DNA of 62,967 bases, filler included, from Klebsormidium nitens (lineage: Eukaryota; Plantae; Klebsormidiophyceae): the NCBI GenBank assembly GCA_000708835.1. It is 4 parts of 4 records of this genome, joined end to end, with 100 filler letters (N's around TTAATTAATTAA, not from the genome) between each part and the next. Parts side by side here need not be neighbours in the genome. Positions count along the whole stretch, not along the records: positions 47,547 to 57,014 come from DF238194.1; positions 57,115 to 62,967 come from DF238255.1; 2 more parts are not named here. One strand, 5' to 3'. The notes beneath the pieces were generated by a model. It searched no databases and was not told the DNA's origin. It was given only the letters and a program-made list of their open reading frames with translations. Below are positions 49,115-58,470 of the stretch, one piece after another. The number at the start of each line of letters is the position of its first letter. The stretch's first letter is position 1. The position numbers were made by a program, and so were the translations under genes.

Positions 49115-50564
49115 CTGTACCACAACAAAAGACTGTCTTAGTAATTTGAAAAGGGGAGCAAGAGGGGATCCAAGCCCCACTCTCACTGAAGCTAATTGTC
49201 CTAACTCTTTTAAATCATCAAAGAATGCCCAATATCCAGAGAATTGAAAGAGCAACAACTAAAGACACAATAGGACACTTGGAACACCAGGGACGCTTCG
49301 GATCAATCTACAACGACGGCAATGTTTTTTTTGTTTTCGCCCGCTTCGATATGCAAAGTTGTTGCTGACAACTATACATCGCAGGCGCCCATTCAAGGTC
49401 TTGCAAAAAGTACACCCCTTCTTTTTTCATTGTAAACGAGTATGCAGATCGATTGTCATCACTTTTTTCAGATTGAACAAAAAGTTCGGACTGCGAAATC
49501 CGAAACTTACAATCAAGAAATCACTGACAACTGCTACCTAATGTTTTTTACGATCTTCACGACTGAGGGGAAGTAATCCCTCTACATTTGCAATGCAAAT
49601 AGTTACAAACAAGAGTTTGCTACAAACCGACAGATCTATTTTCACAACTTTTTCCAGTTGTAACTGCAAAATCTGGAGGCAAAGAGGTTTTAGTACTGCC
49701 AATTCTGGCAACACTCTCTTGACCTGCCGGCGCTTTGTGGGCAAGATGATCTGACCAGGAATGCTTTTGCAAATCTTGACTGGCTGCGGCTCATCGACAG
49801 TGTGCAATCACTGTTCAGATCCAACCTACCTCAAGTGGAAGCGGGGGAAGACTTGTGCCGGATGCGGATACTCTGGGCTCTTTACTTGCGCCTGAAACCT
49901 GCAGACATAAAAATCATCAAATGTAGCTTCTTTCCTCTTGGCTTTACCAAGAAGTAATGCTCATTCTAAGTATTTCAAGAAATAACCACTGTTCTATTTC
50001 GAAATTTGAAGTGTCCCACATATTTTCAAGCACATGAGATCAAAAACCCATGGACCGTCAATTCAGAAGCGGTAGAGAAATTCAGAACATGAGGGCGCTA
50101 AGAACACTTGCGTTCAAGCATGGTTGAGACAGAAGTCTTTCGAATCGTGGCTGTCAAGTGAACGAGAGGTTCTGTCCTACATGGTCTCATGTGTTCTGCC
50201 GGTCTCAAGAAGAAAACTGGAATGCGTCTCCCATATTCTGAACAAACTCTTCAAAGGACAAACGTGTCAGAAGCGTGTTTGTCGCCCCCCATGTCCCGAC
50301 AAGATATGAGCATGCCAACAGAACCTGCCCTGAGACGTCCCAGGTGTCCTAGGTGTACTAAAGTTTTGATCGGGCTTTGTGCAAGAGGGAGTCACAATGA
50401 CAGTGTGGAACAATAAACACATTCTACACACTCAAGCTTGAGCGAACTGTCCATTATTGAATGACCGTTCAACTTTATGGAAGGTGGAACAGCTTCCACA
50501 GCCATTGATTCTAAGCTTTTGGACTTGATTTCCTTTTGTCTTGAGACAGAAAATCAAGCCCAAA

Positions 50565-52750
50565 ACAAAAATGTCCCACGTGTCCCAGGCGTCCAAAGTG
50601 TCCCAAATTCAGGATTCGACAATGACGACGAGAAGACACGCCGCACAAATCATGGAAAAACTCTCGGATAGGATGTGCACACGAAGTCCACAAATCTTCC
50701 ACGCCTGCTCAAGTCCAGGAAGAGAACTTGCCTGCCGGATATCGCCCTCGGAAGTTTGTACATCGATTTGGTGAGCTGCGACATGTCCAGTATTGAGGGG
50801 GTGTGTTGTGGGGGAGGGGTTGTGTTCAGTTGTGTCCGAACGCGGCGGAAGGCCTTCGAGCATACCGCCAACCTACAAGGCATACAACAAAATCTTGGGC
50901 ACACTCAACGGAAACGAACTTCGGCCAGGGTACTACTTCAAGTAAGCATGGGACAATCCTCTAAGCGAACGATTCTACAGTCACCGCCCAAGTCTGAATT
51001 GTGCTCACTGCTCACTCTGAATTCTGCTCATTGCAGCCGCGTCTACAACACTCACCCTTGAAGTCCCACTAAGGTTCCTTCAGCAGGAGTACAGAGTCAC
51101 AATGACCGTGTGGAACCCTGAGGAGTTTTTGCACTTTCGAGCTCACTAGAACCCGCCGTTCTTGAATGGCCGTTCAATTCTGAGCCAGGAAAAGAAAACA
51201 TGTCCCACCTGTCCCAGGCGTCCGAAGTGTCCCAACATTCTGCCTTTGACGAGAATGAGGAGACACCAAGAGCTTTCCGATCACACTTTGAAAACGTGTC
51301 CCACCTGTCCCAGGCGTCCGAAGTGTCCCAACGTTCTGCCTTTGACGAGAATGAGGAGACACCAAGAGTTTTCCAATCACACTTTGAAAACATGTCCCAC
51401 CTGTCCCAGGCGTCCGAAGTGTCCCAACATTCTGCCTTTGACGAGAATGAGGAGACACCAAGAGTTTTCCGATCACACTTTTTTCAAAAGAGAGTCGCGA
51501 TGACCGTTTTTTTTGGAACCCTGAGGCGTTTGCACTTTTAAGCTTATTAGAACCCTCCGCTTCTTGAATGGCCGTTATATTCTGGGCCTAAAAAAAGACA
51601 TGTCCCACCTATCCCAGGCGTCCAAAGTGTCCCAAGTTTCTGGCTTTGACGAGAATGAAAAAACACCCGCACAAACCAAGGAAAGCTCTCGGATGAATAT
51701 GCACACGAAGTCCACAGATCTGGTGACCGGGGTGGCGCGCTGGCCATGACCCTCAAATTGGAAGTCCTCCACCAGATAGATAGAGGACTTCCGGGTTTTG
51801 TAATTTGATATTCACCCAACTTTGATATGGATTGTGAGCCTCCCTCCGAGAACCCATCCAACCGCCAAGAACCCGCATCCGGATGGTTCCTCTTCGGAGT
51901 CGGATTCCGAGGGGGAGAACTTCCACGTCTGCTAAAGCTTAAAACAAGAACTTGCCTCTCGGATGTCACCCTCGGAAGTTTGTCCGTCAAGCCGGTGAGC
52001 TCCAGTGTCGAAGGGGTGAGTTGTGGGGGAGGGATTCCGATCAGGTGTGCCCACTTGCCGCGGAAGGTCTAAGAGCATATCGCCAACCTACAAGGCAAAC
52101 ATCAAAATCTTAGGCACACAAGATAGACATAAAATGCGGCCGGGCCACTACTTCTTGTGAGGAGTAACAGATGCTCTTCGAAAGGCAGAATCAAGCTTCT
52201 GTGGCCGTTCAAATCTGGGCCAAGAAAAGAAAACATGTCCCTCCTGTCCCAGGCGTCCGAAGTGTCCCAGAGCTTTATTAGGACCGTCCTTTTTTTGAAT
52301 GGCCATTCATTCTGGGCAGATGCAAGGGCTGTAAAATTCGTGATTGTCTTCGACAGAGTTGCAAGCCAGAAAAGAAAACATGTCCCACCTGTCCTAGGCG
52401 TCCAAAGTGTCCCATATTTCTGGCTTTGACGAGAATGAGAAACAACGCCGCACAAACCAAAGAAAAGCTCTCGGATGGTATGCACACGAAGTCCACAGAT
52501 CTTCCACGTCCGCTAAAGCTTAAGCAGAGAACTTGCCTGCCGGACATCACCCTCGGAAGTTTGAACATCAAGCTGGTGAGCTGAGACATGCCCAGTGTCG
52601 AAGGGGTGAGTTGTGGGGGAAGGATTCCGATCAGGTGTGCCCGCTTGCCGCGGAAGGCCTGAGAGCATATCGTCAACCTACAAGGAAAACAGCAGAATCT
52701 TGGGCATGCTAGCCAGACATAAAATGCGATCGGGACACTTTTTCTTGTGA
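50565..52750 (+). repeat. Three diverged copies of a ~380-bp unit (50565-50945, 51595-52160 with an insertion, 52375-52750)
   Basis: Shared blocks TGTCCCA-cluster...CACACGAAGTCCACA...GAACTTGCCT...CCTCGGAAGTTTG...CAACCTACAAGG...ACT(A/T)(C/T)TTC. Confidence 0.85.
51200..51485 (+). repeat. 96-bp tandem repeat x3
   Basis: TGTCCCACCTGTCCCAGGCGTCCGAAG... starts at 51201, 51297 and 51393, with near-identical copies. Confidence 0.95.
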
Positions 52751-52959
52751 GGAGTAACGCATGCTCTTTGAAAGGCAAAATCAAGCTTTTGCAAAAGACT
52801 TTGGCACAAGCGCTCGGTGCTAGAGAATCGCCGTGGCCGTTGTTTTACCTGCAAAATCGGCTTGCTTGCTTCTTCTTGTTGAAATGCTGGCAACCTCCCC
52901 CGATTGTACCAAGAGTGGCTTCAAGTAATAAGGCTCTATGCTGCAAAATTCGCATTGCT

Positions 52960-55900
52960 TCACCAAGGGTTGACTAGACAAGCTGGGAAAGATAAGAAAG
53001 TCAAGGGAAAGTTCCTTAAGGAACAAAACCCACCGCAGTCGAGACAACGGGGATATCTCCACGATGAAAGGCAGGGGCCCCATGTGGGCTGTCCTCAAAC
53101 AGCTCAGCATTGGCTTGGCCGTATTCTATGATCGGATTGGCACAGCCGGCGGCAGGCGCGTTGTCGATCATCCTTTCGTCCTCAGAATTCGGCTCCTGGC
53201 TTTCCACCTCACGTGGCTCAAACTCCGCCCCTTCAATGTCCTCCCCGCTGTCAGCGTCACTCCCTGTTTCACTTGTATCGGACTCGGCCTGAAAGGTGAC
53301 AGCTTTTCCATGTGAGAATGTAAGCATGGTGTGTGATTGTGTCACATGTGTCGCTGCTGTCCCAACTGTCTGCAGTGCCTTCGATGAAGATGGAAGACAC
53401 CGGCAATACGAAATTGGCGAGCACCTAATGTAAGCTGACAAGGCGGCGCTACGCCCCCCCCCAACTGTGCGGCGTGTGTTCTCGTCGCCGTCGTCGAATT
53501 TAGAGATTGGGACACTTCGGACGCCTAGGACACGTGGGACACGTTTTTCGTTCTTGGCTTGCAGCTCCTGTGAAGACAATCACAAATCAGAGTTCAACCC
53601 CCCAACAACCGAACAGTCAGAGAGCTGATTTTCACTTCTCTGATTGCCTGGCCCTGCTGTCCTGGGTGTCTCTGCTATTCCCGACGCCCTACCTGAAGAG
53701 TTTCAGACTGACCTCGGATTGAGAGAGCACAACCCTGCGGCGCTTCTCTTGCGGCCCTCTCAGAGACGCTGCTTGCATGTCCTGACTGAGATCGGCGAGG
53801 TCGTCCTCCCCCGCCTCTGCCTCCCCTGGACTCTCTTCGGGCTTCGCTCGCCGGCCGACTTTCAACGATCTCCTATCTGTCTCGTTTTTGGATGTAGTTC
53901 TTGGCGGAGCTGTTTGATAGTCCTGTAAGAAAGAAAGTATGCATTGAGGCTTTGACTGCAAAAGTATTCTTGGTCTCTTCCGTCCTTGCTGTCATGTTCA
54001 GCCTGTAAGACAAGCTCGTAGTCGGAAGGCATGTTCAAGCGGGGCGAGATTGTGTCTCACAGGAAGCTTCTAAAACTGCGGGTCTCGAAATCACAGCCAA
54101 ACGTATCCTCGATGGTGTCGTTGGTGTCCCTGATGTCCCTGATGTCCTTGGTGTCCCAGATGTCCATGTGTCCCAAGCAACTTTCTGTTCGAACTTCAAG
54201 TACATATCGCACTTAGTCTGTAGAATCTTCCTTCCAATTGGAGGGTTCGTTATGGTGTCCCTGGTGTCCTTGGTGTTTCAAGTGTCCATAGAGACTATGC
54301 TAGCGACACATGTCCCAGCAGTCCCAAGTGTCCCAAGTGTCCCCTGAGCATAGTGCAGGAGCTTTGGAAGAAACAAATAAGCAGCAAGGTATACCAACTG
54401 TCCGACCTGTCACTCCTGTCCTGACTGGTCCCTCCAAACAACTAGACATCGGAAAATCCACCCTGTCCCTACCGTCTTAAGAGTCTAAACTGATCCTAAG
54501 AAGCTTCATAAGAATGTAGTTTGTTAGGTCGAAAAATAGACTTGCATTTATCCGCGACGCTCAACTCCTGAGCAAGGGAAGTGCCTTGACTATCAAGGGG
54601 CTTCAAGTGATAAGGGTTTGTGCTGCAAAAAACGCAGAGCTTCTGTAAGGGTTGACTAGACAAGCTGGGTAAGACAGGAAAATCAATGGGAAGTTCCTTA
54701 AGGAACAAAACTCACCGCTGCTGAGACGACGGGGACGTCTCCACGATGAAAGGCAGGGGCCCCATATGGGCTGCTCTCAAACAGCTCAGCATTGGCTTGG
54801 CCGTACTCCATGACTGGATTGGCATAGCCGGCGGCAGGCGTGTCATCAATCATCCTTTCGTCCTCGGAAGTCGGCTCCTGGCTTTTCTCCTCACGCGGCT
54901 CAAACTCCGCCCCTTCAATGTCCTCCCCGCTGTCAGCGTCACTCCCTTCTTCGCTTGTATTCCACTCGGCCTGGGGTGACAACTTTCACGATGTAAGAAT
55001 GGAAGCATGGCGTGTGAATAGAAGTATCGCGTGTGTCTCGGCCGTCCCAACAGTCCGCAGTACCCTCCATGAAGATGGATAAATTGGTCACAAAAAACGA
55101 ATGTGCACCTTATAGACGGTTTGCTCAATTTCGAATCCCTCATACAAGGACCTTCAGACGTATTAGCATTCAGCCAGCTACACGCCCTTGATCTGCGGAC
55201 AACCATGGACATCCCTGTTCTTCCAACAAATCCCGCTGACAACCCTCATTAAATATGCAGAGGATCAGCTCCATCAACACCAAAATACAGCCCTCGAGAT
55301 GCAAGAACGTTGATAGACCGGCTCCCCGCTGATGCTGACATGTAGAAATGAGCTGCCACCGCTGCAAAATGCACAGCGAACTTTTCATGCTGCAAGAGCC
55401 AACAAATTGATGTGCGATCACAAGCCCTTCTGTATGCTGTAGGCGCTTGCTGGAAGAACACCAGCACAAGTGCTGTGTAATCAGACTGGAGATTGAAAAA
55501 ACAATTCTGTCCGCCGAGAAGGACAGCCACAAAAACGGCAGCACATGACTCCTTCGAATTCTCGGAAATTGTGCGAGAAAGTGAGAATGTTTGAATACTG
55601 TAAAAATTACTGCGCTGCACATTGTGATTGACTTGTAGCGCCACTGAATGTGATGCACAAAGAAAGCCCCGAACAAGGACGTTTATCAACGTCTCTCCTT
55701 AAGCCAAGAGCCGCCAGGTTGACAATCCTGCAAACGATTACAGAACGGACATAGAGACATTTCATTGATTCTCTGATTGCCCGGCCCTGCTGTCCTGGGT
55801 GTCTCAGCCATTCATGATGCCCTACCTGAAGAGTTTCAGACTAACCTCGGATTGAGAGAGCACAACCCTGCGGCGCTTCTCTTGAGGCCCTTTCAGGGAC

Positions 55901-56160
55901 GCCGCTTGCATGTCCTGACTAAGGTCCGCAAGGTCGTCCTCCCCCGCCTCTGCCTCTGGACTCTCTTCGGGCTTCGCTCGCCGGCCGACCTTCAACAGTC
56001 TCCTATCTGTCTCGTTTTTGGATGTAGTTCCCGGCGGAGCTGTTTGATAGTCCTGTAAGGAAGGAAGAATGCATTGAGGCTCTAGCTGCAAGAGTATTCT
56101 TAGTCTCTGCCGTCCCTGCTGTCATCTTTAGCCCGCGGGACAAGCCGTAGAAGGCATCTT
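52960..56160 (-). repeat. Tandem duplication of a spliced, acidic hypothetical gene unit
   Basis: Paralogous exons DYQTAPP.TTSKNETDRR... (acceptors before 53922 and 56052) and SDADSGEDIEGAEFEPRE...EDERMID...YGQANAELFE (53030-53300 and 54710-54980). Confidence 0.75.
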
Positions 56161-57014
56161 CCTTCTTCAAGCGGGCGAGGTGTGTCACATGTCCCAGCAG
56201 TCCCAAGTGTCCCCAGAGACTTTGGAAGAAAGAAAATAGCAGCAAGTCCCTCTTGTCTTAAGCGTCCCGATCGATCCCTCTAAAGACCTGGACATAGGAG
56301 AGTCCAACTTGTCCCCGCAGTCTTACAAGTCCTTCTTTGGTCTTCTTAAAAAAAGCTTGATAGGAACTTGTATTGTTCCAAGTGGAACAACGAAGATGGA
56401 AACTTGCCTGCGAGGTGCCTTTGTCCGCAACGCTCAACCCCTGAGCAGGGGAAATGCCTTGAGGCTGAGAAAAGCCTGTCGCCATGCTGGTGGCCTACGA
56501 GATGGCAAAAGAGGTTGTAACTTGGTGTCCAACTTGGTGTCCAACATCAAGAAGTCAACTAAGGGACATCTCTAACTAGGTGCTAACAACAACTTGAAGA
56601 GGTTCTTGATCAAGGCATTCAAAGTTGGACGAGAGATCTTCGAAAAGGCATCGATCCTGATGGACCAAATGGCGGTGGGTGCTTAACACGTCACCGTCAA
56701 CTATTTCTCACCTTGGTAACTTCCTCAAAAGCAGCCTTGTTCTTGAGCTGCCACTCACGGAAGTATGGCTCTTGGTATGTGCTTCTTGACCCCTGTGCAA
56801 GTCGACAGCTAGATGGCAGTTGGTATTGCTTCTTTATGCATGCATGCAAGCATTGATACACAGCCTCAGTGCATGAGAATCTGCCAACAGCAACTCAACC
56901 TATTACAAGGCAGCGCATGCTTGAAGGCCGTTGTGGCAACAACAATAAGCCCATGTGACGTCTGCCCTAAAGCCTCAGCTATAAAGCGGCAATACGACCA
57001 GAGAACGAAGCGGA

Positions 57015-57114
57015 NNNNNNNNNNNNNNNNNNNNNNNNNNNNNNNNNNNNNNNNNNNNTTAATTAATTAANNNNNNNNNNNNNNNNNNNNNNNNNNNNNN
57101 NNNNNNNNNNNNNN
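57015..57114. other. Assembly gap
   Basis: N run with TTAATTAATTAA linker. Confidence 0.98.
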
Positions 57115-57216
57115 CTGGATTGATGTGGCGATTGAAGAGTTTCTGGGCGTCCACCACGAAGTACCTAGGTTTCTGATCTGCACTCTACTCTGCACTGGAA
57201 GGTGGATTCTACGTGG

Positions 57217-57876
57217 TCAATGCCAGTCCATCGCGAGAGCTATCTTAGGGAACTGCTCCTTCATGATGCCCTTGACATTCCATGCTATCTCCTTATGCTC
57301 GTCTTGTGTACCGTTGCCGCACCTCAGATCCACGTAATGTATCCAATCCCTCGCGTTCATGGTCATGTACAGCTTAGTCTGCGTGGACATGGGAAGGACG
57401 AAACGGGCGCACTCTTTCGCTATGCCCTTCTCTAGTGCCTGCGTATATGTGGCGTATGAATCCTTCCACAGCCTATCCTGCTCTGCCACGAACCAGGCCT
57501 TCACGTCCGGCGGCAGGTCGTCCACGGACGACTGCCTGTTCTTGGGATCCTGGCTCCTGGCTTCGTAAACCACGTTCGCATCGACCTTTGCATACCTGGT
57601 GCTGAATTGCTGAAAAGTTGCCGACCTGTGCCTCAGGATCTGCTCCGCTATGGCTCTGCTGGTGGTTATCTCCACCGTCATGGAGGCGGTCTCGAAGACC
57701 GACCAGTGACGATTCTTGATACAATAACGCAACAGCCTGGCACCGCTCTCGTAATTCCTCTGGTTCTGGGGATTGGAAACCCGTGCGGCGTGCACTATGA
57801 TGTCCTCGGGACCTAGCCCCTCCAGTTCTCCCGCGCCTCTGCTGAGCGCCACCAGCTTCACCTCGCAAGCTGCCAT
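57217..57876 (-). CDS. thyX: Flavin-dependent thymidylate synthase ThyX, intronless (219 aa from ATG 57876)
   Basis: AARVS, HWSVFE, SRAIAEQILRHRSATFQQFSTRY (RHRX7S signature), KECARFVLP, RDWIHYVDLR and TQDEH. Confidence 0.95.
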   Translation of the reverse strand: MAACEVKLVALSRGAGELEGLGPEDIIVHAARVSNPQNQRNYESGARLLRYCIKNRHWSVFETASMTVEITTSRAIAEQILRHRSATFQQFSTRYAKVDANVVYEARSQDPKNRQSSVDDLPPDVKAWFVAEQDRLWKDSYATYTQALEKGIAKECARFVLPMSTQTKLYMTMNARDWIHYVDLRCGNGTQDEHKEIAWNVKGIMKEQFPKIALAMDWH

Positions 57877-57925
57877 CTTTCTATGTGGACTACAATAATA
57901 CAAGTTCAGTGCCTAAACCGACATA

Positions 57926-58252
57926 TCACTTTCGCAGCATGTTCAGGAAGATCTCGATCATCTCTCCGTGACCCTCCAAGGGGTAGACTCCACCGACCGT
58001 GTGGGCTAGTCGCCAAGAGGTGTGTATCGCCAAGTCTCGGACTCTGGATTCCATACTCAATCTAGGTATGGTGAGAGCCAGCTGCGAGTTCAGTCTACGC
58101 AGACGTTCTCCGTTATCGTCCTTGCAGAGCTCCATCTTGGCGATGATCTCCAGCAGCACCCACACCCGATCTTCCACCGTGGACTCGGGAGACAGAGTCG
58201 AGAATCTCCTTTGGAGCTCGCCCAGGACCTCGGCAGTCGTCCGAAACCACAT
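57926..58252 (-). CDS. Hypothetical 108-aa protein between Fanzor and thyX
   Basis: ATG-initiated intronless ORF, co-oriented and tightly packed with thyX. No family recognised. Confidence 0.45.
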   Translation of the reverse strand: MWFRTTAEVLGELQRRFSTLSPESTVEDRVWVLLEIIAKMELCKDDNGERLRRLNSQLALTIPRLSMESRVRDLAIHTSWRLAHTVGGVYPLEGHGEMIEIFLNMLRK

Positions 58253-58267
58253 CCTTGTCTGACGCTA

Positions 58268-58470
58268 AGGAAATTATTACCATTTTCGCCCAAACTGTCG
58301 CCCGTACCGGGCGCTTGTTCGAACGGAAAATGAATAATAATACCGGATTGAGTCCATACGAGTACGGACTGGTACTGGCTATCCGCGAACCGCCGGGTTA
58401 TGAAGCCCGGTATCCTCGAACAATCCTTATATAGTGGCCGACCGGCAGAACTCCACCGGCCTTGCACGGC
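58268..58470 (-). ncRNA. Putative Fanzor omegaRNA scaffold overlapping the ORF 3' end
   Basis: Dense cluster of stems directly 3' of the nuclease stop: 58393-97/58406-10, 58351-58/58363-70, 58299-303/58309-13, 58273-87/58326-41 and long-range 58315-22/58416-23. Confidence 0.7.

Noticed and set aside
51200-51485. CRISPR-like array
   Set aside because: Whole 96-bp units are near-identical, so there are no unique spacers.
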